A DNA stretch of 60,815 bases, filler included, from Sphacelaria rigidula (taxonomy: Eukaryota): assembly GCA_964200075.2 (NCBI GenBank). It is 8 parts of 8 records of this genome, joined end to end, with 100 filler letters (N's around TTAATTAATTAA, not from the genome) between each part and the next. Parts side by side here need not be neighbours in the genome. Positions count along the whole stretch, not along the records: positions 22,846 to 30,359 come from CAXNAA020014554.1; positions 30,460 to 37,973 come from CAXNAA020014555.1; 6 more parts are not named here. The stretch is one strand, 5' to 3'. Positions within the stretch are counted from its first letter, which is position 1; the number at the start of each line of letters is the position of its first letter. The notes beneath the pieces were generated by a model. The model did no database searches. It saw only the letters and a list, made by a program, of their open reading frames with translations, and was not told the DNA's origin. The translations under genes and the position numbers were made by a program. This document shows positions 25,906 to 37,188 of this stretch, one piece after another.

Positions 25906-26549
25906 CGATCTCCCCTTGCGACCAGTGTTGATTTTCCTTTCGTTGGCCACCCAAACTCATCAACCTTCCAGTTGTATACCCACTTCGCGGGAAAAATATC
26001 AACTACTGATTGCTATATTGCCGCATCCATGGTTCCCGCTTCCTTCAGGCCTCGAAACTCTCGCGCCATGGAGTCCACCCATCCTCCTCCCTGTTATGGG
26101 CGTGTTGCTCCAGCATATGTTTTTGAGGTTTCCAACTCTTTCACTGGGCGATGGGGCAGTTTAGGTGGTTCATGCGGCGGACGTACCCCCTCTTTCGCTG
26201 TGTTGATGTCCTCGCGCGTTGTCATCGTAGTCGCAGTCCGATATTGCGAACCCTTGCGCTCCACTGCCCCATCACCCCGTCGCTTTCTTCCGGCCTCTAT
26301 TACGGACCGCGTGAGGTGGGCTGATAAAAGGGGTGGTTTGTCGAGCTGCGCAAAAAGACCCCTCTCATCACGAATGAGTGCGATGTTGTCGCCCCGCTCC
26401 TTCTCAGCTGTATGCTGGGCCGTCTCCGATTGGGTCCTCCCCGGTTGCCGAGGGTTACTACTCAGGTCCAGCTCCTTCGCCGCCTTGTCGGGCAACTGTG
26501 ATATATAGAAGGGTATAGACAGGTTCCACACCTTCCTAGGTATGATCAA

Positions 26550-29500
26550 TGTGCTGCAAGCTTGGGTAGATGCGCAAACGCGCTAGGTGTCCGAGTAAAA
26601 CAAGCTGCAAATGCACACGAGCAGATTCACGTGACTGTTGGTCACAGTAGCAACAAACAAAGGGAGCTCAAAGGCTTGATATCTTTTCAACTCTCACTGG
26701 TTATTCCCTTGATCGCCCAGCACACTGTTCTCACCAATGGTGAACAGTAGGAGCAGATGTTCCGGCCGGCTCGAAGGGTAGCTCAAGAGTGAGCGAGGGG
26801 TGCATGAGGCACGATAGAGCAACCTATTTTTGAACTCGGCCCGAGAAGGCGTTTCGCCTCCCCGGGACTAGGGCACACCAATCTGTACACTAATCTTCCC
26901 GAGCTAGGGTAAACCAGCCTGTACACCAATCTTCCTAGAGCTATGGGAGCATTCCCCGTGGACATATCGAATGATCTGTAAGCCAACCTGCCCCGAAGTT
27001 ATCTGTGGGAACAAATAACGCCTCTCTATCTTCCTTCCTCATGATACTCACCCACCCAGACGAACCTCTATTTGGGTTGCGATGAAATCTCAGGAGCAAC
27101 TAAAATTGAGGCTTGTCTCACCCATCAAGTCATGAGGAGACAACGCGAAAAAGAAAAGAAAAACAAGAGGGCAATGACCAGCCTGGTGCCCGATCCTTCC
27201 ATACCTCAAAGAAGAAAACCAAAGGTGCCTCAAAAAGCGCGATTACGCAATTGCGGTTGACTGCGCAGGAGCACACAATGCTGCTGTGAGCTAGCGAACA
27301 AACGGAAAAAGCACACCATGCTTGGACGCGCTAGCTAGATGAAAAGCAAAGCAAAACCCCGCAAAGGACACAGTGGTAATTTCAAGCAGGAGACAATACT
27401 TGAAGACCCGAATAGGGTCGAGTGTCAGCCAGACAAAGTGGCGGCAGCGTAGGGGCCAATGGAAGAGGGCGAAGGGGTCCAGAAGAAGTCGTCGAAGAGA
27501 TCGATGAGGGCAGAGATGAGCCGCGATAGGAGAGCCAGCGCAGGTGAAGCAGTGAAGAGCAGAGCGTACCTGAGGGGGGACGAAGGAAGGACCAGAACCA
27601 AACTGGGAGGGGAGACACAAATCGCGTTAAAAGGGAGTACGAAGAGATAGAACTCAAGATGGTGCATTGATGTCGTGTGTACGATCGATATTGCGCTGAA
27701 GACCTCGATGTAAGCCGTGTGACTTGAAGCGTTGTAGGCACCAGAAACTGCGGGGTGCGGAAGGGCTGGTCGTGTAAAAATCGGGGCGAAGCTTGAGCGG
27801 AACTGAGCCAGGATCGTCGAGGAAATGCACGATGTACGTGTCGACCGCGAGGGCATCGACGGAGTGGATCTGACCTAGCCACCAGAGGTAATCGCTGCCC
27901 TTATACCACAAGTAAGCACATTTAGGGAGCGGTTGTTGTTTTGCGCGAAGTTTTTCGTCCCATTGTTTGGTGAGTACAAGTTCGTAACCATCGGCTACAA
28001 AACGTAGTCCTTTGTCGCGGTGGAGTTCGCGGGCTGCGGCGCCGTGTCTCATGTTGCGATATCCCTTGTTGTCAGCAAGCTGTTGCTGTGGGGATTGTGT
28101 CCAATAGAGAAGGATGGCACGACGGTGCAGTTGAAGGTCGGACTCGCGTTCCCAAGACGCACGCCGAAGACCTTGCCAGTGTGTCTTGTACATGACAGCT
28201 ATTTTGCCACCAGGGCCTCGAGTGATTTGGTGGCCGGAAATGTGGGACACGGCCAAGCGGAGAGGTTGTTCAGTCACGTCATCGGTGGTAACGTGGTAAG
28301 GCGTGGATTTTGTTGAGTAGCTGTTAAGCATGTATTGGGTGAGACCTGCAGGCAGGTATTGAGGCATGTCCGTGGTGTCATGCGGATTCGTGCAGCGCTT
28401 GTAACGATGCACAGAGACGCGAGATTTAGCGTCGTGCCCCTCGAGGTCACGAGGTAAATCAAGGTAGAGGACTTTGTCGCCAACGGGCTTGCCGTCAGGA
28501 GATGTCGACGAGGGTCCGACTATGACAATCTTGAACGGACTCGTCCAATTGAGGGACAGTCTGGTCTTCAAGACTGCTGCCTGGGCAGCACGGTCAGCGC
28601 CTTGACGGATGGTGGATAAACTATTGTAGATCCAGACCCAATCGCCGATTTTCCAAGTAGGACGTTTGTGCATCAAGTTGTAAAGGGCACTATTGAATCT
28701 TTCAAGGCGTGAGACGTTGATAGCGTGTTGTTCGCGCACCAAGGTGAAAGCTTTGTGCTGACGAGCCCTGGCGAGGTCGTGGTAGGATATCTGATCCTGT
28801 TCCAGACCTTGGTGACCATCGAAGGTATGTCGTTCGAAAACGGTGATGGGCAGATGAGGGTAGCGTCCAAGATGCAGCTCGTTGGGCGAGAGGCCCGTAG
28901 CCGCGTTAGCCGAATTGTTGTAAGACAACATGACATGCGAGAGATGAAGATCCCAATCATTTTGTCGGTCGTTTACGACCATGGATAGCATTTGAGCCAT
29001 CGTGTGGTTCACACGGTCAGTCCCACCGTTACCGTTAGGGTGGTAGGCGCTCGTGGCAATTTTGCGAATGCCGAGGAGCTTGTACAAATTATCCGAGAGT
29101 TCGGAGCAAAATTGTTGACCATTGTCGGAGAGGAGCCGTTTTGGGCAGCCATAGTGCTTAATGTAGTCATAGACGAGAATGTCCGCTGTGCCGGCAGCAG
29201 TGATATCGCTAGCCGTGACAGCATACATAGCTGCGTGACGGCTGAAGCGGTCGGTGAAGAGTAGAATGTGGGTATTACCACGGTCAGTTGAGGGTAAAGG
29301 GCCGAAGTAGTCGAACGATACGAAGTGACCAGGAGCGTTTGGAAGCTCCATGGAAATCACCGGCCATCGCACAGTCTGTCGAGAGGGTTTGCGAGCCTGA
29401 CATTTGAAACATCGGCGGCCCCAAAAACGCGTGGATGCTTCCATGCCAATCCACCAATAAAAACGTTCAAGGAGCGCTAATGTGCGCGTGACGCCTAAGT

Positions 29501-30359
29501 GGCAGGACAAATCAGAGTGACGGCCTTTCATGACCCACGGGCGCATCATGATAGAGACATAGATGCGAATTGGGGCGTCATGACGCATAAGTGCCGAAGC
29601 GGCAGTTGTTACTGCGGCAGCCGTGCCCAATTGGGATTTGGATCGACGAACAAGCAGATCAACGTCCTCGTCAGTCGTGAAGACGGTACCTTTGCGTGCC
29701 AGCTCGAGCACATCAGAGGCGGCGGGGACGGGTACAGGGCCTACGGTGGGCAGTTAAGCCTCAAGTACCGCATTGTCGCACGACAGAGCGGGTCTTGTTG
29801 TTGATCGCGAGCCCAATCGTGGTGAGAGTAGCTAGCGAGAAATTCCCGAAGTTGGCCTTCAGCCAGAGAGCCAACCAGGCACGGAAGATTCCCAGAAGAC
29901 GGCGTGGGCGTAGCGCGAACTGGTAAACGCGATCGGCGCGTTGGGCGCGCAAGGGGCGCGGGCGGTGTTGGTACAACACTGGGCACACGGCCAGTTGTTG
30001 GAGGCGTGGTACGGTCCGTGGGGGCACAAGGCGGCGGCGGCGGCGGCGGCGGCGTATTGCTACGCGCGGCCGGCGATGGTGGCGGCATCACAGCCTGCGA
30101 AGAATTGGCACGAGCTGGCGACCGAGAGCGCGTGTTGTCGGAGATGAGGTGAACAGTAGGTGGTGGCGGCGCCGAGATATTCGCGCGAGGGCCGAGAGTG
30201 CGGAAGTCGGCAAAATCAGCAGCTGTGTGCGCTAAGCCATCCAAGACTGTATCAGGGGGTAGAGGGCGGGGGCCACCCATGTGCAGACCTGTTTCGGGGC
30301 ATTGCAGGTCGAGCGCGTAGATGGGCGTAGAAAAACGCCGGATGGGGTAGACGCCTGGT
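26550..30359 (-). mobile_element. Ty3/Gypsy (chromovirus-like) retrotransposon 2, 3' half, abutting or inserted in Copia 2; candidate 3' LTR 26550-27013
   Basis: Pro-rich tether, integrase ORF, purine tract GAGGAAGGAAGATAGAGAGG shortly before TGTTCCC, and end GCAGCACA where Copia sequence resumes. LTR limits are tentative. Confidence 0.8.
27654..29711 (-). CDS. Gypsy integrase with HHCC zinc domain, catalytic core, GPY/F-like region, chromodomain and an extra C-terminal module; cut off from upstream pol by a stop and frameshift near 29740
   Basis: HSDLSCHLG...CFKC; DYFGPLP; LLSDNGQQF; AYHPNGNGGTDRVN (D at the catalytic E position); LNWTSPFKI; ISGHQ...YKTHWQG...SWERESDL. Confidence 0.92.
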   Translation of the reverse strand: MLELARKGTVFTTDEDVDLLVRRSKSQLGTAAAVTTAASALMRHDAPIRIYVSIMMRPWVMKGRHSDLSCHLGVTRTLALLERFYWWIGMEASTRFWGRRCFKCQARKPSRQTVRWPVISMELPNAPGHFVSFDYFGPLPSTDRGNTHILLFTDRFSRHAAMYAVTASDITAAGTADILVYDYIKHYGCPKRLLSDNGQQFCSELSDNLYKLLGIRKIATSAYHPNGNGGTDRVNHTMAQMLSMVVNDRQNDWDLHLSHVMLSYNNSANAATGLSPNELHLGRYPHLPITVFERHTFDGHQGLEQDQISYHDLARARQHKAFTLVREQHAINVSRLERFNSALYNLMHKRPTWKIGDWVWIYNSLSTIRQGADRAAQAAVLKTRLSLNWTSPFKIVIVGPSSTSPDGKPVGDKVLYLDLPRDLEGHDAKSRVSVHRYKRCTNPHDTTDMPQYLPAGLTQYMLNSYSTKSTPYHVTTDDVTEQPLRLAVSHISGHQITRGPGGKIAVMYKTHWQGLRRASWERESDLQLHRRAILLYWTQSPQQQLADNKGYRNMRHGAAARELHRDKGLRFVADGYELVLTKQWDEKLRAKQQPLPKCAYLWYKGSDYLWWLGQIHSVDALAVDTYIVHFLDDPGSVPLKLRPDFYTTSPSAPRSFWCLQRFKSHGLHRGLQRNIDRTHDINAPS

Positions 30360-30459
30360 NNNNNNNNNNNNNNNNNNNNNNNNNNNNNNNNNNNNNNNNN
30401 NNNTTAATTAATTAANNNNNNNNNNNNNNNNNNNNNNNNNNNNNNNNNNNNNNNNNNNN
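30360..30459. other. Artificial contig spacer
   Basis: N44-TTAATTAATTAA-N44. Confidence 0.97.
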
Positions 30460-30643
30460 GGGGGGGGTACTCATGCATGGGAAGGGAGATACCGGAATTA
30501 AGAGATATGCCCACCTCGTGCGTGAACATGAAGGGAGAGAGAGAGAAAATGAGAGAGACTAACTATTGTAGCACGTGCTGAAGCACTGGAGTAAAACGAG
30601 CAATTCGTTGCAAGCCGAAGGTGTGTATTCAAGGAAGTCTCAC

Positions 30644-33503
30644 CGCAATGTGAAGAGAAGTCGTACCACTGTCGGAGGCCTTCTGCGCATCGGCCCCCGC
30701 GGCGAGCAAAGCCGACACAAGCTCTTCACTTCCCGAGACCGCGGCCAAGTGTAGCGGGCATCTCGACTTCCTGTCTCGAGCATGAGGGTCGGCGCCGGCG
30801 AGCAGCAGCACTCTCGCCACATCAACCTGTGAAGTGTTTTTTCATTCTTGTTAGTTTTTTTTGTACTTCGAACGAAAAAACAAACTGAGAGACGGATGCC
30901 GGTCTGATTCTAGTCCGCCATTTGGGGTGTAAATGAACACATATATATATATATATATATGCGTGTGTCGGATGCTCTACTTCAACTGAGTAGTATCATA
31001 TCATACTCCCCGTCTCCTCATACGCGGTCGGGTGGTTGAGGGGTCGCAGAAACAGCAATGGTCATCCTCCAGAACGGCGGTGTGAGTTTTGGAAACAGGC
31101 TTTAAAAGCGTTCTTCATGCAGTCAAACTACGATGGTCATGGTGACGATCTCGATTTCAGGAGGTGTTCTTCCAACATTTCTCAGCAAGTGATCATACGC
31201 CATAGTGACCACACACACACACACACACACAATTTGCAGGTGCGCGATCAACCAAAATTAAAATTAACCACAACCAATATCACAGCTACTCCTCCCACTT
31301 ACCATGTTGCGCAGGCAAAGTGGAGGAAGGGGGCTCTCCCCAACTCCCAACCCGGCTTCCCCCAACCCATGGTTGAAATTGCTTTGTTCTTGCCAAATCC
31401 CAATGCCAACCCTTGGTTTAAGTTTTTGCGTAACCCTGAGGCTAACCCTAACAACCCAAAGCACATCGAGAAGTCTGAGCCAACAGCGATGCATACAGTG
31501 TCCTAGGCTTTCACCCTACGGTTTCGCGGGTTGCAAGCTGAAATTTTCCACACCCTGGACAAGATATGGTCAATAGATGCAATGCACATAAAATATACTG
31601 GGTAAAGAATAGGCCTGTTACAACTATTGTCGATTGTCGATTGCAACTAGTGTCGACAATAGTTGCGATAGGCCTAAAATTCACCCAGTACATTTTTGGT
31701 CTATTGCATCCATTGACCATATATTGTCCAGGGTGCGAAAGTTTCACAGCCGCCTGCCTAGACGCAACACCGAGGCCGTGATTGTTGTTCATTTATCTTC
31801 ACTACCTTCATCTCAACACAAATGCATTAATATGCCGTCTCAAGAAAAGCAAAGTTGTTTCAAGAAGAGTAGTGATGTGACATCGCCGTTGCGCACCTCA
31901 ACTAACTGGGGATGTCCGTCTCCTCTGTGGAGGCGCTTTTGTTTCGCAGATTGAGTCTTCGGACCCCAGTCCGTTGGGGCGGTGTTTCTCGGGTAGTTGA
32001 AATTTGATTCATTATTTGGTTGATTGTCCCACGTTGACTGACCCCCTACGAGTCATGATCCAGCCACGGTCATTATCCACAAGACTGACGTACCCGAGAC
32101 AAAAAAACAAGACTGAAGCACGCGCTGAAGAGAATGTAGAAAAAAACAGAAAGGCAGAACAGACCAACGAGTAGAGTAAGAAAAAAAAAGAAAGTGAAGA
32201 ACACAACAGAAAACAGAACAAAGAACTGGACATTGACCATTGGTCATGTTGTAGTAACAGATTTGGGTCGCCGATCTGTTTCTGGAACACAAATCGGCGG
32301 GCTCGGGGCTAATTGCAATTCAACCAAGACGGTGAAATTATCATTGGTCAACGTCCCGAGAATCAGATTATCCGTTTTTTTTCAATACGATGGCAGAAGT
32401 CACGAGTGCCTGCCGTTTTTCTCCCCACAACTAATCGAGAAATAATTATCAATCCGTTGGGGGTAGGTATGGGATTTCAAAATACCGGATTGGGCGGGTA
32501 GGAGTGCGCTAAAATGAAAAAATCAAAGATTCACTGTCATAGCTGTCGAACGTTCCTTATCGAGAAAATATCACGGAAAAAAATTACGAACAAGAGCACA
32601 GACAGGGAGAAGAACCACCAGTATTGCCCGACTAACCTGTCCGGCTGCGCAAGCCAAGTGCAGAGGCGTCATCCCCTGGGCGTTGCGCGTGCGCAGGTCG
32701 GCCGAAGTATCGACCAGAGCCCTGGCAACTGACCACGTATCCACACCGGATGTTTCAAGCCAAACGGATACCGCAAGGAGGGTAAACGAAACGCCGTCTA
32801 GAGGGGGTGTACATATTCTGCGCAGCCAGCTTTTGGATGCAGCTCGCCGGTGACCAGGTGGGGTGCCAGTAGCGGGAGATAGCATCGCCGACGATGGCAA
32901 TGACGATCGGAGCGGAGGGGTTGGAGAAATGGGGACGCTTTGAGTGACGTTGTCGCTGTTGACCTTCGTGTCTGAAATATGACTTTGTCGTTGTCGTTGT
33001 TCTTGCTGTTGCTGCGCCATGAACAAGTCAGCAGTAGCGCCCGCTTCAACCTTCGGGTGTTGTAGTTGCTGCTGCTGTCGCTGCGGTATGCACATTTCGA
33101 CTCTCTCTTGCTGCCGTTGCTGTTGTTGTGATCGAACTCTACTCGCAGCCATCGCCAGCAGGTCATTCATTGATGCTGGCGACACAGGCTCCGTCATCTG
33201 CGAGCGCGATGCCGGCTGCTGCTGCTGCTGCTGAGGCTGTTGTTTTGGCGGGCTGACGTTGTAGTGTTCGCGGTTCAATGGTGGCGATGTTGCTTGTTCC
33301 AAGAATGAAATTGGAGAACGGGCGCCCACGGTGACTACTTCCACAACGTCCGTGGTGGTTCCACAAGAGGCAGCGGGGCGGTGGGTCTGTCTACTTGTGG
33401 AAGCCGGGCGGTCAGCGGAGGAGTGTGTGTGGTGTGGATGCCGTCGGTGCACGCCGTTTGAGTGGTGAAATGGGAACACGCATCGGTTGTGCCCCATCAT
33501 CAT
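30644..33503 (-). CDS. Partial spliced ankyrin-repeat protein gene with a Q/S/P-rich region. Exons ~33503(or 33603)-32637 and 30826-30644
   Basis: ADLRTRNAQGMTPLHLACAAGQ (donor GTTAGT) joins in phase 0 to VDVARVLLLAGADPHARDRKSRCPLHLAAVSGSEELVSALLAAGADAQKASDSGTTSLHIA (acceptor CAG, donor GTGAG). Confidence 0.88.
31539..31746. repeat. Long imperfect inverted repeat (foldback, ~90-bp arms) in the ankyrin gene intron
   Basis: CACCCTGGACAAGATATGGTCAATAGATGCAAT...ACTGGGTAA...TAGGCCT...CAACTATTGTCGA pairs with TCGACAATAGTTG...AGGCCTA...CCCAGTA...ATTGCATCCATTGACCATATATTGTCCAGGGTG. Confidence 0.85.
32015..32095 (-). repeat. Dispersed repeat resembling a non-LTR retroelement 3' end with an AATC-like tail; related pieces near 36975-37000, 46640-46705 (opposite strand), 50140-50205 and 53100-53130
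   Basis: Shared TTGATTGTC(C/G)CAC(G/T)TT(A/G)ACTGA and CATGATCCAGCCA motifs. Classification is inference. Confidence 0.45.
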
Positions 33504-33928
33504 TTGTTGCTGTCTCCGTTGCTCTTCGTGCTTCTGCTGCTGCTGAAGTGATATGCGGCTGCTCTTTGGTCTTTTGCTCGTGCGGTAGCCAAGACTCGGG
33601 TTTCTGCGTTATTATTGCTGTGATGTATCGGTATGGTCGGCGGTGGAGGGAGCGGTCGAAGGGGGTTGCAGTCATCAGGAATAATGCATCTGAGAAAATG
33701 AAACACGTTCAATCATGGTATGGAATGTCATCATTTGCGTGAGAAGATTGCGCAGTTCAAACTTGGAGCTCATACTGTTGCTGAACGCTGAACGCTTTTT
33801 GATACAGTATAGAAAATGCAGGCAAGCATCGCAGAAGCAAGGTAGATTGCTAAATCAACATCAAGACTTCCCGTGTTGGACCTTCGGTGTGAAGCCGGTC
33901 CAGAATAGATGGGATGGCCACGCAACAC

Positions 33929-33966
<38 letters not shown>
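33929..33966 (+). repeat. (CA)n microsatellite
   Basis: Direct reading. Confidence 0.95.
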
Positions 33967-33967
<1 letters not shown>

Positions 33968-35040
33968 CGGGCACTTCTTCCAATATGAGAAGTTGGCTGT
34001 TCGATGGAATTTCCGATTTTTGCATCATGCACATGCAGATCATCGTGTCGACTTCTGACTAATACTGTAGACATCGTGCACCAGCGCAGCAACCGCACGC
34101 TCCATGACGACTACATCCTTTTGCGCTCTGTATAAGAGCAACCCGTACATAACGTGGCTCGAATGAACTTGATGGTGTATTGGTCCTAAGAAATACCCGC
34201 CATTGGTCGGCACAACGGCGTGTAGTAGATATGGGTGAGTACGTTTGGATCTTCGTCACTTCAGATCTTGGCCATGTTACAATAGACCGAGCAATAAACA
34301 CCGTATTTCTGTCCAGTAGGAACTGCTTCGAAGAGAACCGACTGTTGTATTCAAGTTGTATCTTGTACCGACGGTCACTCACTGCACCACGACAACAGAG
34401 TCAAGTCAAGATGAGTGTCGCTTTCCTCGAGCCCCACAACGAAGATGTGACATTGCACTCGGTGTGGAGACAAATCCTCGCACACGGCTTCGAGAGGAAT
34501 TCCGACCACTGCAGTACAGACAGTGTAGGGTAGAACTTTTCAAAGACAAACTCTAGCGGGCGTCCCCACGAGCGACAAGCGGCGCGACCGCCACTCCTCC
34601 AGAAAGTGGAAGCAGAAATCTTGTCACCCGCGTGCCACTCAGCGTACCACCCAGTGTGCGGCGTACCACTGACTGAGAGACGGGCGGATGGTGCGTCAAC
34701 TTTTACCTAAAACACAGAGGTGTATGTTTGGCATTTTTCCAAAGGCGACCCCCCCCCGACGTCGGTGGAAACTGCTCCCGACGCAGAGTTGCGCACAAAC
34801 GTTGAGTTGACGTATGACGAAAAATGGCCTTGCACAGCGCAAACACCTAGAGAGATCCCAGGGATTCTGCTCTCCGAAAGGTTTCGACGATGCATTGCTA
34901 GTGACACAATCTTTGGGGGCATAACAGCCGGAGTACGAGTTGATGGCAAAATCCAGGTACCTCGTGGAAAAATGAAGAAAGAAAAATCGAAAAATCATCA
35001 CCCGGGGGTGGTATACATCGTCACCTACGTCTTGTCCGTA

Positions 35041-35148
35041 CCCTTTGACTGCCCGCGCAAGTCATCCGAGTCTCTCCATCATTCTTCAAGTGAAATTGAT
35101 GCCGGTTCAACAGATAACCACACTGACCCTTTGCATATCAAACAAGGG
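35041..35148 (-). mobile_element. Diverged solo copy of the ~100-bp CCCTT...AAGGG micro-MITE
   Basis: Ends CCCTT and AAGGG; minus strand carries TGAACCGGCATCAATTTCACTTGAA shared with the 37189-37452 units. Confidence 0.55.
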
Positions 35149-37188
35149 TACAAGAGGTTGGTGCTCGCTGGAGATTACTCGAACCTGAATTGATCGTGGA
35201 AAACTAGTCATGCACGGCAGTAATGTAGATAGTCAGACAGCTTTGCAAAGTTTATGAACCAGTTGATGGTGTGCCTTTTGGTACTACAGTCAGCAGTTCA
35301 GTACAAAACACAAGATGTTTTCACCCCCCGTTTGGCGAAGTTTTGAAAACACACAGCTGGTCTTCTCGAGAGCTAGCTCCTCAAGACGTGGTAATGCAAG
35401 CCAGGTAGCTGCATATGTAAGCTTCCGATAACACAAGAGTCTCAGGTCCTCGATAAAAGCCGAGTTCAGCATCATAGTTTGGTGGATGATGAAGCCAAGT
35501 CCCTGCTGACCGTCCGTAAATGCGCTGCCCTCTCGGCATAACATACGTCCATGTCCAGTACCCCTGTCAAGTACATCTACAACAGAGCAAAGTGGTGCAG
35601 TCGGTACACCAAGACTGGCTATTGCGGTGTATGTACCATGAAAAACGTCACTTGATACCGCTTGCACGACTCACCCAATATCGACACGCAGAGAAAGATG
35701 GAGATGAACCGAGCAAGAGTAGTTCCTCCTAAAGGAACTGCGGTAGCTTCCTGACTCTGTCCGTTTCGAGTGCACCTGCCAGCTGGAAGCCTCCTTGTAC
35801 TGTTCGGTTACCCTCTCAACCGGCACACTGAGCTGACACGGCTGCTGGAACTCTACTGCTACTTGCGGGCGAAGGAGGATCACCACGGTGAGGATGGCTG
35901 ATTGCACGTCTCGGTTACGTCACACGTCGAGTATCGAAGGTAGCGTTGCGTCGGGGGAGGCAATACCGGGGAGTTGATTTGCGGTCGCCACACAAAGTGT
36001 GCGCGATGCTGCGCTGTTGTTATCATGCCTGCGAGGTGTCAGTTGCAGAGGCGGAGCGTGCGCCGAGAGAAGGTCGGAAATTCTTTGCCTAATTTTGAAT
36101 TGTCATGTTGAAATTTTGAAAATGCGGGGTAATTTCGGGAAAGAGCAGCAGAAACTTGCGAAGTTAATGAAACTTGTGACTCTGCAAAAATGTATCATAG
36201 AAATATTCGTCTACTGTACTGCAAACTGTAGAGTTCTATAATATCTTCATGTATTCATACGAAATCTTCCCCACGAGAAGTTCCTGTCTCTATTCATACT
36301 CATGCACAGCACACTACAGAGCAAGGTCTGGCTGTTTCTTTCATAATATTACAACATTGAACTAAGTGACGAGCAGAACAATGGTTTGCTACGTTCAGTG
36401 GATGCCAGTCCGTTCAGTCACTTCGTCGCATCTTCCGAAAATTTTGAAAACTGTATAATTCTACAGTACTCGTATCCATATGTCTTGACACGAAATCTTC
36501 CTACAACAAACAGAACCCTTTGTTCGCGCTGCAATGTGAACAGCGCAATACCCGTTTTTTGTTTTACAAAGCGATTGTGTGATAACAGGCCGATGAAAAT
36601 AGTACCATCCGCCATAACGGAAAATATGGGACACCAGCGTGAGATCGTTGGTGAATTAGAAGTTCTTGTACATCACTGGGGAGCGAGATTGATTGTGGCT
36701 CAATTCTCTTTGAAAGGAGAAAAAACGGCTTGCTACGATCTATGGGGGTCAGTCCGTGCAGCCACTTCGTCGCACCTTCCGAGTTTTTGACACAACTGCG
36801 AATTCTACCGATATATCTTCATACAAAATCGTCCTACAACAAACAGAGAATGTTCACGGTGTACTCGTAGTGTGAACAGGTACATGGGACCCATTTATGT
36901 GTTCTGAAAATAATGCAATACAGTATAGTACGACTCCATACCGGGTACAGTAGTGTACCCCAATTTATTTTTATTTTTATTGATTGTCGCACTTTAACTG
37001 AAAAGTACTGGCATAATCAAAGGTTATGACGAAATAGAACATTCACATTTATTTGCCATTATCTTTGGGCATAATATTGACTTGGCACACAATCGCTTTT
37101 ATGCCAACTCGGTAAGAAACGGTGTCCGTCCACTTTTACACCGATTCGGCACAGAATCAGACAAGTTAGCTAAGCACGATTGTGTTGA

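Larger units (their letters stand above)
23345..26549 (-). mobile_element. Ty1/Copia LTR retrotransposon 2: RT, RNase H and probable 3' LTR; degenerate
   Basis: RT LVARGDRQRADIDFGELYAP, FDIEQAF, LNKSLH, SLDDIFV, FRELVGSL; RNase H YADADY, DRRSVS, STAEEEY, FEDNQGA, HIDVKYH; PPT-like AAGGAGGGC near 24063-24071. Left (LTR) boundary is tentative. Confidence 0.88.

Noticed and set aside
25699-26508. 269-aa plus-strand ORF
   Set aside because: Antisense to Copia pol and begins inside a MITE
34059-35920. Possible upstream exons of ankyrin gene 1 (e.g. ORFs 35290-35667 and 35671-35907)
   Set aside because: I could not build a phase-consistent, stop-free splice path, and part of the region is MITE-derived
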